Shown piece after piece: positions 9,935 through 18,605 of a stretch of 36,245 nucleotides of DNA. The translations under genes were made by a program, and so were the position numbers. Origin of the DNA: Chloroflexia bacterium (GTDB lineage: Bacteria; Chloroflexota; Chloroflexia; Thermomicrobiales; UBA6265); contig JAUIGA010000001.1 of the NCBI GenBank assembly GCA_030430125.1, positions 1 through 36,245 on the forward strand. The letters are read 5' to 3'. The notes below the pieces were generated by a model. The model was not told the origin of the DNA, did no database searches, and saw only the letters and a program-made list of their open reading frames with translations. Each line of letters starts with the position of its first letter. Position 1 is the first letter of the stretch.

Positions 9935-10942
9935 ATGACGTTGAACCGACGCACAGTCGTGAAGGGCGCGCTCGCCGCTCCCCTCGCCGCCTCCACTATC
10001 GCAGCCATGCACCCCGCGCTGATGGCGCAGGATGGCCCGGTGGTGGTTGGGTCGAAGGATTTCACCGAGCAGTTCATTCTCGGCAACATGTACTTGCTCG
10101 TACTGCAGGACATGGGGCTGGAGACCGAGGATGCGCTCAACCTGGGCGGCACGCAGATCGCCCATCAGGCGCTCGAGAGCGGCGATATCGATACCTACCC
10201 CGAGTACACCGGCACCGCCCTGGTGGAGGTGCTTGGACTCTCGGTGGAGGACGTGCTGGCCGACTTCCAGGGCGGCGGCGCTGCTGCCACACCGGTGGAC
10301 GCCGCCGAGTCGGCGACGCCAGTTGCCGGTGGCGGATCGCTTGAGGACTACGTCTACCAGTTGGTCAAGGACGCCTACCAGGCGGACCTGAACCTCACCT
10401 GGCTGGCCTACTCGCCCTTCAACAACACGCAGGCGCTGGCCGTCAAGCGGGAATGGTCGGCGGAGAACGGCGTCACGACCATCTCGCAGCTGGCGGAGAT
10501 TGCCGGCGACCTCACGATCTCCGCTCCGGCAGATTTCCCGGAGCGTGAGGATGGGCTCCTTGGCCTGCAGCGTGTCTACAGCGCTGGTTTCAACGATATC
10601 GAGACCCTGCCGGTCGCGCCGGGGCTGAAGTACCAGGCATTGCTGGACGACGAGGCGGAAGTGGTGCTGGCCTTCGGGACCGATGGGCAGATCGCCGGAT
10701 ACGACCTCATCGTCCTCGAAGACGATCTCGGCCTCTGGCCGCCCTATAATGTCGCGCCGGTGGTTCGGACCGAGGCGCTCGACGCCAACCCCGACCTTGC
10801 CGCGCGATTCGACGCGGTGACCACCTCGCTGACCGGCGAAGTGATGTCCGGTCTCAACTGGCGTGTCGACGGCGACGAAAAGGCCGAGCCGGCCGATGTC
10901 GCGCGCGAATACCTGGAGGAGAACGGACTCATCGGCGGATAG
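9935..10942 (+). CDS. Compatible-solute (glycine betaine/choline family) substrate-binding protein with a Tat-like signal peptide
   Basis: 335 aa. N-terminus is MTLNRRTVVKGALAAPLAA...AQDG. The block VVVGSKDFTEQFILGNMY...GDIDTYPEYTGTAL is typical of OpuBC/OpuCC-type binding proteins. Confidence 0.85.
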   Translation: MTLNRRTVVKGALAAPLAASTIAAMHPALMAQDGPVVVGSKDFTEQFILGNMYLLVLQDMGLETEDALNLGGTQIAHQALESGDIDTYPEYTGTALVEVLGLSVEDVLADFQGGGAAATPVDAAESATPVAGGGSLEDYVYQLVKDAYQADLNLTWLAYSPFNNTQALAVKREWSAENGVTTISQLAEIAGDLTISAPADFPEREDGLLGLQRVYSAGFNDIETLPVAPGLKYQALLDDEAEVVLAFGTDGQIAGYDLIVLEDDLGLWPPYNVAPVVRTEALDANPDLAARFDAVTTSLTGEVMSGLNWRVDGDEKAEPADVAREYLEENGLIGG

Positions 10943-11054
10943 TCCGCCGGGAGCGCCGCACGGGCCTGCCGGGCACCCGCCTGACAGGCCCGTTTCGTTC
11001 GGCGGCAGCATCCCGAGCAAGGCAGTTCCGGCGCGACCGCACGAGGATAGTCAC

Positions 11055-12080
11055 GTGAGCGACAGGAACGGTGAAACCGCGGCCGGAAGCGCGATTCGGC
11101 TCGACCACGTGGTGAAACGCTACCCCGGTGCGGAACGCGCCGCGGTCGACGACGTCACCCTCGCGGTCGAGCCTGGCGAGTTTATCGTGCTGCTGGGACC
11201 GTCCGGATGCGGCAAGACCACGCTGCTCAAGATGATCAACCGCATCCACGAGCCGACGGGCGGCAGCATCCACATCGACGATATCGAAATCCACGACCTT
11301 CCCGCCTCGGCGTTGCGCCGCCGGATCGGGTACGTCATCCAGCAGACGGGGCTGTTCCCCCATATCCGCGTGGAGGACAATGTCGCGACGGTCCCCAGCC
11401 TGCTCAAGTGGGACAAGTCGCGTATCCGCCGGCGCGTCAGGGAGTTGCTGGAGCTGGTCGGGTTGCCGCCCGACCAGTACGCGCGGAGATACCCGATGCA
11501 ACTGTCCGGAGGCGAGCAGCAGCGTGTCGGTCTGGCGCGGGCGCTGGCGGCGGAACCGACCACGATGCTGATGGATGAGCCGTTCGGCGCGCTCGACGCC
11601 ATTACGCGAACGCGGCTGCAGAGCGAGTTGCGGCGCATCCATCGCCAGTTAGGCCAGACGATCCTGTTCGTGACGCATGACATCGACGAGGCGGTCCGGC
11701 TTGCCGACCGGATCGTGGTGCTGCGTGAGGGCCGCGTGGTCCAGTTCGCCTCGCCGCTGGAAATCGTCACAGCGCCCGCCGACAGCTTCGTTGCCGATCT
11801 CGTCGGTGCGGACGATGTCCTGCGCCGCATGAGCCTGATTCCGGTCGCATCGGCGGCACAGGGGGGACTGACGGGCAGATCGTCAGACCTGGAAGAGATC
11901 TCCGGCTCTGCCTTCCTGCGCGACGCGATCGGCCAGATGGTCGAAACCGGCGCCGACCGGCTGGCCGTTGTCGACGAGGACGGACGACCGGTGTCGGAGC
12001 TGAGTCTCGACGACATCCACGACGCTGTCGGCGAGCACGAACCGGCGGCGGACCCGACCGTCTCCGCCGGTGACCAGTAG
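11055..12080 (+). CDS. ABC transporter ATP-binding protein with a C-terminal CBS-like region (OpuCA/OpuBA-like)
   Basis: Walker [19 protein letters not shown], Walker B LMDEPFGALD. Start is set at GTG 11055 (AGGA about 8 nt upstream). The track ORF start at 10863 would overlap the binding-protein gene. Confidence 0.85.
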   Translation: MSDRNGETAAGSAIRLDHVVKRYPGAERAAVDDVTLAVEPGEFIVLLGPSGCGKTTLLKMINRIHEPTGGSIHIDDIEIHDLPASALRRRIGYVIQQTGLFPHIRVEDNVATVPSLLKWDKSRIRRRVRELLELVGLPPDQYARRYPMQLSGGEQQRVGLARALAAEPTTMLMDEPFGALDAITRTRLQSELRRIHRQLGQTILFVTHDIDEAVRLADRIVVLREGRVVQFASPLEIVTAPADSFVADLVGADDVLRRMSLIPVASAAQGGLTGRSSDLEEISGSAFLRDAIGQMVETGADRLAVVDEDGRPVSELSLDDIHDAVGEHEPAADPTVSAGDQ

Positions 12081-12113
12081 TTCCGACGACGTGACGTCCG
12101 GATAGGATGCGGC

Positions 12114-12755
12114 ATGGACCTGCGCTACCTGCGCGAGAACACCGATGTCATCTGGGAAAAGACACTGGAGCACCTGTCGCTGTCGCTGACGGCGCTGGCA
12201 ATTGCCCTGCCACTGGCCCTGGTGCTCGGCATTCTCGCGACACGGGTGCGATGGCTCACCACGCCGGTGGTGTCGCTGGTCGGGGTGCTCTACACCATTC
12301 CCTCATTCGCGTTCATGGCCTTCCTGATCCCGACATTCGGGATCGGGCGGCAACCGGCACTCATCATCCTCGTGACCTACGCGCAGGTGTTCCTGGTGCG
12401 CAATGTCGTTGCCGGGTTGCAGAGCGTGGACGTATCGACGCTGGAAGCCGCCCGCGGACTCGGCATGAACGAGTTCCAGCTCTTCCGGCGAGTGTGGCTG
12501 CCGCTCGCGTCACCGGTGATCGTGGCGGGAATCCGCACGGCCTTCCTAGCGATCATCGCGATCGCCACGTTGACCGGTTACATCAACGCCGGTGGCCTGG
12601 GCGAGGTGATGTTCGCCGGGATCAACCGGGCGTATCCATCGCAGGTGCTGGCGGGCGTCATCGCCGTGACCGCGCTCGCCCTGGCGATGGATCTGGTGAT
12701 GCGGGTGCTGGAGCAGTTCACTCCGGTCGCGCGTGCCCGCCGCGCGGCGTCCTGA
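12114..12755 (+). CDS. Second ABC transporter permease of the Opu-like system (OpuCD-like)
   Basis: 213 aa, the same length and architecture as the permease at 9233-9874. Confidence 0.85.
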   Translation: MDLRYLRENTDVIWEKTLEHLSLSLTALAIALPLALVLGILATRVRWLTTPVVSLVGVLYTIPSFAFMAFLIPTFGIGRQPALIILVTYAQVFLVRNVVAGLQSVDVSTLEAARGLGMNEFQLFRRVWLPLASPVIVAGIRTAFLAIIAIATLTGYINAGGLGEVMFAGINRAYPSQVLAGVIAVTALALAMDLVMRVLEQFTPVARARRAAS

Positions 12756-12782
12756 ATCCTCGGACTGCGCATGCGACGCCAA

Positions 12783-12835
12783 CGCGTAGTGCCGCCCCTG
12801 TGGCGGCTGCGGCGAAACGCCGGCACAAGGCTGTC
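12783..12835. repeat. REP-like element: hairpin GCCGCC-CCTGT-GGCGGC plus a degenerate ACAAG-loop half
   Basis: 12786-12807 (GTAGTGCCGCCCCTGTGGCGGC) is identical to 33782-33803 and to the reverse complement of 19653-19674. It lies in a convergent intergenic gap. Confidence 0.6.
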
Positions 12836-13020
12836 GCTACAGATCGCGTCGACCTACCCTTCATCCGGGTCTCGCAGGATACGATTCATCCGCTGAGTAG
12901 TCACCCGAATCCCGACTCTGACTGACGCCAGGCGGCACTGCCCGCACGTGGACGATCGACGGATGCGCGGCCAAGCGGCCGCTAGACGCCCTACACGTCA
13001 GGATTTCTTGGGGTGAGGGA

Positions 13021-13977
13021 TCAGGCGTCGTCGGCGGTCTGGTCCGGGGTGTCGTCGGCAACGGGTGGCGGGGAGACGTCGTTCGGAGCCGCTTCGTCCG
13101 CGGCGTCGTCCGGACCACCCTGCCGTTCACGCGTAACGCGCGGGTCTCGTCGGTGGGCGCGGCGTGGCGACGGGCGTGGCCCGGTGCCGGTGGCAATATC
13201 CAGCTCCGCCTCGGCGGAACCATGTTCGAGTGGCGTTTCCAGATGCGCGAGGCGTTCTTCCGGTGTCTCGAGCGGAGTGGAGTCGTCTGCCTCGACCGTC
13301 GGCGGCCGGTCGTCATCCGAATCTGCATCTGCCGAGGGTTCGGGATCGGCACTGTCATGCTCAGGCAGTGTGGGTCCGATCACAGGTGCCGGTGACTCCG
13401 AATCGGCAGTGACGGCGCTCGACGGCAGCTCCGGGCCGATCGGGTTCGCGGTTTCTGTCGCCTGTGGCGCTTGGTCGCGCGCAGGGGCGGTGATTGGCTC
13501 TGGCTCGACCTCGCGTTCGGGCAGGATGCCGTAGGAGCCAAAGCGGTCGAAGTACGCCCAGGTCCAGAACATCATGAGCAGCAGGATCGCGGCCAGGGTT
13601 CCGAGCATCACCCAACCACCTGTGCTGTCCGACAGGGTGAAGAGGATGCACCCGAGCGTGGCTGCCAGATACAACGTGCCGGCGATGGCGAGCATGGAGC
13701 CGAGCGCGATGCAGAATCGAGACCACGAGAGCTTCGCGACGAGTTCCTCGGCGTGCAGGAGCTCCCCACCTTCCGCCGACGTCCGGAACCTGATACGTGG
13801 CCCGAGCTCTCGGACGACCAGTCCGAGGACCAGGACACTCGCTCCAAATCCGGTACCGAATACCACGTAGTCCAAGAACGCTTCCCCTGCCCCACCACGA
13901 GCCGCGCCCCTGTCCCCCACGGGCGGATCGTCACACGCGCGCGCTCCCTGTACGCACACGATACGGATCGGTCGCAA
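13021..13977 (-). CDS. Hypothetical membrane protein with a long acidic, proline-rich C-terminal tail
   Basis: 318-aa ORF with high GC3. About three hydrophobic helices lie in the first ~150 aa, followed by ~170 aa rich in D/E/P/A. The start is uncertain: the longest ORF begins with TTG at 13977, and an internal TTG (LDYVVFG...) has a better purine-rich tract. Confidence 0.55.
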   Translation of the reverse strand: MRPIRIVCVQGARACDDPPVGDRGAARGGAGEAFLDYVVFGTGFGASVLVLGLVVRELGPRIRFRTSAEGGELLHAEELVAKLSWSRFCIALGSMLAIAGTLYLAATLGCILFTLSDSTGGWVMLGTLAAILLLMMFWTWAYFDRFGSYGILPEREVEPEPITAPARDQAPQATETANPIGPELPSSAVTADSESPAPVIGPTLPEHDSADPEPSADADSDDDRPPTVEADDSTPLETPEERLAHLETPLEHGSAEAELDIATGTGPRPSPRRAHRRDPRVTRERQGGPDDAADEAAPNDVSPPPVADDTPDQTADDA

Positions 13978-14015
13978 CTGCTTTCAGCAATAGTACCAGC
14001 ACAGCGTGACCGAAA

Positions 14016-14059
14016 CACCGATCAGGTGGGACGATATTTCTCGTCCCACCTGATCGGTG
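14016..14059 (-). terminator. Strong hairpin downstream of the M20 peptidase gene
   Basis: Perfect 19-bp inverted repeat CACCGATCAGGTGGGACGA / TCGTCCCACCTGATCGGTG with a 6-nt loop. On the minus strand only a short TTTC follows. Confidence 0.55.
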
Positions 14060-14091
14060 ACGGTGGAGCAAGATCAGCGAGCTTGCGCCGA

Positions 14092-15462
14092 TTATCGCTT
14101 GAGGCGCTCGAGCAGCATGGCGTATCCAACCCGGCCGCGGTCGTAGTCCGCGAGGCGGTACCACTCGTTCGGCGCGTGTGCTCCGCTGCCCGGCATGCTC
14201 CACGCGAACATGACGGATTCCACACCGAGGATGTCCTTGAAGATGCCGGTCGCGGGGATGGTGCCGCCGCCGCGGACAATGTATGGTGCGTTGTCGAACA
14301 GTTCCGTCAGGACCTCGCCGGCCGCGATGTGGACCGGGTTCGAGCGGTCGATGCCGAACGGCTTCGCGGAGCCCTCGATGCGCTGCACCTCGACCGTCGC
14401 GCCCGGCGGGCAGTGATTCTGGACGTGCTTCTCGATCAGATTGACGATCTCCACCGGGTCCTGGTCGGGCACCAGGCGGCAGGTGACCTTCAAATGCGCC
14501 TCCCGCGGGGTCACGGTTTTTGTGCCGTCGCCCTGGAAGCCGCCCCAGATGCCGTTCATGTCCAGCGTTGGGCGCGCCCACTGGCGTTCGACCGGTGACC
14601 AGCCCGCCTCGCCCCACAATTCATCGAGACCGAGGTCGTCCCTGAATCCCCGCTCGTCGAACGGAACCTCGGCGATCTCCGCGCGCTCGTCTCCGGTGAG
14701 ATCGTGCACGCGGTCGTAGAAGCCTTCGACCTGAACCCGGCCATCCTCGTCGTGGAAGGTCGCCGCAAGCTGGACCATCGACTGCACGGCATTCGGCACC
14801 GTTGCGCCGTACATGCCGGAGTGGAGGTCGCTGTTCGCGGTAGTCAGGTTGATCTGGCAGCCGCCAAGCCCCTTCAGGCCGACGGTGAGCTCCGGCTGGT
14901 CCGGCCCGAACTGCCCGCCGTCGGCGGAGAGCACGGCGTCGCACGCCAGGAAATCCTTCTCGGCCTCCACAAGCTGCGGCAGGTGCGGGCTGCCGATCTC
15001 CTCTTCGCCTTCATAGATGAATGTGACATTGATCGGCGGCTGCCCGTTGGCGCGCGCGAGCGCTTCGACGCCATGCAGTGAAGTGAGCAGATTGCCTTTC
15101 ATGTCAGCCGAGCCGCGCGCATAAACCTTGCCGTCGCGGACCGTCGGCGCGAATGCCGGGGTATCCCACAGCTCGACCGGTTCTTCCGGCTGGACATCGT
15201 AGTGACCGTAGATGAGCACGGTCGGCTGGTCGTCCGAAACGCGCCAGCGGCCCAGCACGGCCGGGTGACCGTCCGTTTCAACGATCCTGACCTCGGGCAC
15301 ACCGGCTCGTCGCAGGCGGTTCGCGACCCATTCGGCCGTGGCGCGGACATCGTCGCGCCGGTCGGGGTCGGTGCTGACGCTCGGCATCGCGAGCAGCTCC
15401 ATCAGCTCCCCTTCGAGCTCGGCCTTCCGGTCATCGAGATCGCGTTTCCAATCCTGTGCCAT
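14092..15462 (-). CDS. Peptidase M20 family dipeptidase (ArgE/DapE/CPG2-like)
   Basis: Motifs HYDVQP, ARGSADMKGN and EGEEEIGS. Start is set at ATG 15462 (MAQDWKRD...) with AGGA 5 nt upstream. The track ORF extends to 15675 without support. Confidence 0.85.
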   Translation of the reverse strand: MAQDWKRDLDDRKAELEGELMELLAMPSVSTDPDRRDDVRATAEWVANRLRRAGVPEVRIVETDGHPAVLGRWRVSDDQPTVLIYGHYDVQPEEPVELWDTPAFAPTVRDGKVYARGSADMKGNLLTSLHGVEALARANGQPPINVTFIYEGEEEIGSPHLPQLVEAEKDFLACDAVLSADGGQFGPDQPELTVGLKGLGGCQINLTTANSDLHSGMYGATVPNAVQSMVQLAATFHDEDGRVQVEGFYDRVHDLTGDERAEIAEVPFDERGFRDDLGLDELWGEAGWSPVERQWARPTLDMNGIWGGFQGDGTKTVTPREAHLKVTCRLVPDQDPVEIVNLIEKHVQNHCPPGATVEVQRIEGSAKPFGIDRSNPVHIAAGEVLTELFDNAPYIVRGGGTIPATGIFKDILGVESVMFAWSMPGSGAHAPNEWYRLADYDRGRVGYAMLLERLKR

Positions 15463-15693
15463 TCGATCCTGCTCTCTTCCGTGACTCCGCGTACGGGAAC
15501 CTCGTGTGGGTACCCTTCGAGTGTGGGGACCAGCTCCGCCCGTCGGTGGAAACGGCCTGTTTCTCAAGCAGTATCGGGCCAACGCGGGAGATTGGCCAAG
15601 AGTCCCGTATTTGCAGCATCGGCGGCCTGTGCCAGAATGACGCCCATGCACATGTCGGGCCACTGGCCCGGACACCTGGCCAGGAGGAGAGGC

Positions 15694-16740
15694 GTGGTTA
15701 CACCCGTCAAGGTATTCGTTACCTCAGATCGGTACGGAAGCGAGACCAGCGGTCTCGAGCTCGAGCGGGAGATGATCCAGCGCTTTCCCGAGCTCGATAT
15801 CGACCTGCGGGGGGCTCCCGCGCAGAACGAGGATCAGCTGATCGAGCTCGGGCAGGAAGCGGACGCGTTGCTGGTGAGCACGCGCGAGGCAATCACCAGG
15901 CGCGTGCTCGAGAACATCCCGAACGTCAAGGTGATCAGCCGCTACGGCGTCGGCCTGGACAATGTCGATCTCGACGCCGCGGCCGACGTCGGTATCGTCG
16001 TCACCCACTACCCCGGGTATTGCACCGCCGAGGTGGCCGATCATGCGATGGCGCTATTGCTCGCCGTCAACCGACGCATCGTCGAGCAGGATCGTGACCT
16101 CCACGACGGCGCGTGGACGAAGTTCGGGTCGGCGACAGGCGGGATCCTGCGCGGACCGGTCCCGCCGCTGCGGCAAATGACGCTCGGGATCGTCGGGTTC
16201 GGCCGCATTGGGCAGGCGCTGGCGGAACGCGCGCGTCCGTTCGGGCTGACGATGCTCGCGTCCGATCCGTACGTTGCGCCGGATGTGGCCGAGGCTCGCG
16301 GGGTGACCCTGCTGCCGCTGGACGAGATGCTGCCACAGGTCGACCTGCTGACCATCCATGCGCCATTGACGCCTGAAACGCGCGGATTGATCAGCGCGGC
16401 GCGTCTGGCGGCGATGAAGCCGGACGCCTCGATCATCAACACCGCGCGCGGCCCGATCATCGACCTGGATGCGCTTGCGGCGCACCTGCAGCAACATCCC
16501 ATCGCACGCGCGGCGCTCGATGTTGTCTATCCGGAACCGTTGCCCGCCGACCACCCGCTGTACACCCTGCCCAACGTGATCCATACGCCGCACTCCGCAT
16601 ACTATTCGGAGCAATCGGTGATCACCGTGCGGCAGGAGACGTTCAATGAGGCGATGGCGGTGTTGATGGGACACCTCCCGCGAACGGTGGCGAACCCGGC
16701 GGTGCTGGAGCGAGTATCCCTGTCGCCTCGGCCGGTGTGA
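15694..16740 (+). CDS. D-isomer-specific 2-hydroxyacid dehydrogenase family protein (phosphoglycerate dehydrogenase-like)
   Basis: NAD-binding fingerprint GIVGFGRIGQALA, plus NTARG and the catalytic His context TPH. Start is set at GTG 15694, just after CAGGAGGAG. The upstream part of the track ORF is antisense to the M20 gene. Confidence 0.85.
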   Translation: MVTPVKVFVTSDRYGSETSGLELEREMIQRFPELDIDLRGAPAQNEDQLIELGQEADALLVSTREAITRRVLENIPNVKVISRYGVGLDNVDLDAAADVGIVVTHYPGYCTAEVADHAMALLLAVNRRIVEQDRDLHDGAWTKFGSATGGILRGPVPPLRQMTLGIVGFGRIGQALAERARPFGLTMLASDPYVAPDVAEARGVTLLPLDEMLPQVDLLTIHAPLTPETRGLISAARLAAMKPDASIINTARGPIIDLDALAAHLQQHPIARAALDVVYPEPLPADHPLYTLPNVIHTPHSAYYSEQSVITVRQETFNEAMAVLMGHLPRTVANPAVLERVSLSPRPV

Positions 16741-17033
16741 CGAACGGCGGGATTGCCGGGTAGGAGACGTCCTTGCCGGCGCACCTCACGCCGACCACGG
16801 TTCCGTTCCGCGCCGGCAATGGCGTCCCGCCAGCAAGCGTGGGTGTCATGGACCGAGATGGGGGACCATTGCCCGCGCCGGCTCAGTCTTCCGCTTCGCT
16901 CGCGAGCACGGGCAAGGCCTCCCTACCGGTGTTATCTCTTCGATCGTTGTCTCGTGACCGGCGTGCCGGGTGCTACGATTGCCGTGGCAACGTGCCTGTT
17001 CCCGTCGTGTTCGCGGAAGGTCCCTGTCGTCGC

Positions 17034-17735
17034 ATGCTCTGGCCGATGTTCACGCCCGCTCGGATCACGCGCTTCCGGCGACGCAGGAACCCGGAGTCCA
17101 CCGTATCCCTAACCGGTTCACCGTCGGGACAGGACGACGATGAGCGGATCGTCGAGCGGGCCCGGCGAGGCGATGTCGCCGCGTTTCGGGAGCTTGTGGA
17201 CCGGCATCAGACGCCCGTCTTCAACGTCGTCCTCCGTACCGTCAAGGATCCTGGGCTGGCCGAGGATGTGACGCAGGACGCCTTCCTGCGTGCCTGGCGG
17301 TCGATCGATCAGTTTCGCGGCGGTAATGTCCGCGGCTGGTTGATGCGCATCGCCGTCAATCGCGCCCATGACCTGCTTCGGAGCCAGAAGCGTCGACCGG
17401 CGGATTCGCTCGATGCCCTGGAGTACGAGCCGGTTCCGGCATGGTCGACCTCGGTGCGGGCGGCTGAGGATCCGCATGCGTTCGCGGCCCGAAGCGAGCT
17501 GTCGGAAAAGCTGGAGGGGTTGCTCGCCCGCTTGCCGGACGACCAGCGTACCGCGCTCCTGCTGGTTGACCTCGAAGGGTTCAGCTACGACGAGGCGGCC
17601 GGGATCATGGCGGTGGCGCCAGGTACGATCAAGAGCCGCATCAGCCGCGCCCGTTCCCGGCTTCGAGAGGAAGTGCGCGCCGATCCACACGCGTCGGAAC
17701 TGTTCGATCGATTTCTGCGTCAGGAGAGTGACTAG
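17034..17735 (+). CDS. ECF-type RNA polymerase sigma-70 factor
   Basis: Region 2 is DVTQDAFLRAWRSIDQFRG. Region 4 is LPDDQRTALLLVDLEGFSYDEAAGIMAVAPGTIKSRISRAR. The start is uncertain: ATG 17034 or 17046. The track ORF start at 16773 is unlikely. Confidence 0.85.
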   Translation: MLWPMFTPARITRFRRRRNPESTVSLTGSPSGQDDDERIVERARRGDVAAFRELVDRHQTPVFNVVLRTVKDPGLAEDVTQDAFLRAWRSIDQFRGGNVRGWLMRIAVNRAHDLLRSQKRRPADSLDALEYEPVPAWSTSVRAAEDPHAFAARSELSEKLEGLLARLPDDQRTALLLVDLEGFSYDEAAGIMAVAPGTIKSRISRARSRLREEVRADPHASELFDRFLRQESD

Positions 17736-17787
17736 CCCTGCCGGCCGGCTCGCGGGAGCCTGGCGCCGGCGTGGCGCGTGAACGCCT

Positions 17788-18567
17788 ATGGACCACCTCG
17801 ATCCGGAACTGCTCTCCGCATACATCGACAACGAGCTCTCACCCGCCGAGACCGCGCAGGTGGAGACGCACCTCGGTGCGTGCGAGATCTGCCAGGCCGA
17901 ATTCGAGGAGCTTCGCGGTGTTTCGTCCCTGGTTCGCCAGCTTCCGATCTATCTGCCGAAGCGAACCATCGAGGTCGACGCGTCCGGGCGCTCCGAGCCG
18001 TCGACCATCCTCCGAATCGTAGAGTTCAGCAAGCCGGTCGCGATCGCAGCGGTGGTGTTGCTCGTCGCGTTCGCCGGTTTGCGGCTGTTCATCGCCTCCC
18101 AGGACGATGGCGGCGACAGCGGTGACCCCGTATCGTTCAGCGCCGTGGATTCGACAGCAACGGCTGGAACCGATTCGGCCGATCGCGCGTCTGATACTAC
18201 AGCGGCAGAGGCGCCTGCCGCGATGGATCAAGAGGCGGCCGGAGAAGCCGCGCAGATGCAGGAGGCCGCGGCGGACGAGCAACCCGCTGTCGGCGCGTTT
18301 CAGGAATCCGGCGAACCGGACAGTGATGAGGAAGCGCCTCCACTGGGGGCAATGGCGCCTCCGGCGCAGGTGGCCCCTTCGCCCGCTACCCCGCCGTCGA
18401 CGCCGATTCCCACCGCCGCGGTGGCGCCAGATGTCGACGCAGCCCGGGACGCCTCGGATGACACCGACCTGGTCGCTGCCGGCATCGTCGTCGTCGTGGT
18501 GGTCCTGTTGGGCGCGGCAGCAAGTTGGTACGTGTTCTTTCGGTCTCCGCGGCGTCCTCGCGGGTGA
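17788..18567 (+). CDS. Zinc-binding (ZAS, H-x3-C-x2-C) anti-sigma factor with two TM helices
   Basis: N-terminus is ...ETHLGACEICQAEFEEL. TM helices are VAIAAVVLLVAFAGLRLFIA and LVAAGIVVVVVVLLGAAASWYVFF, flanking an Ala/Asp/Pro-rich low-complexity loop. It sits immediately downstream of the ECF sigma gene. Confidence 0.8.
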   Translation: MDHLDPELLSAYIDNELSPAETAQVETHLGACEICQAEFEELRGVSSLVRQLPIYLPKRTIEVDASGRSEPSTILRIVEFSKPVAIAAVVLLVAFAGLRLFIASQDDGGDSGDPVSFSAVDSTATAGTDSADRASDTTAAEAPAAMDQEAAGEAAQMQEAAADEQPAVGAFQESGEPDSDEEAPPLGAMAPPAQVAPSPATPPSTPIPTAAVAPDVDAARDASDDTDLVAAGIVVVVVVLLGAAASWYVFFRSPRRPRG

Positions 18568-18605
18568 CCGGTGGTGATTGAGGCAAGTATCGGAGGTTCA
18601 GCGAG

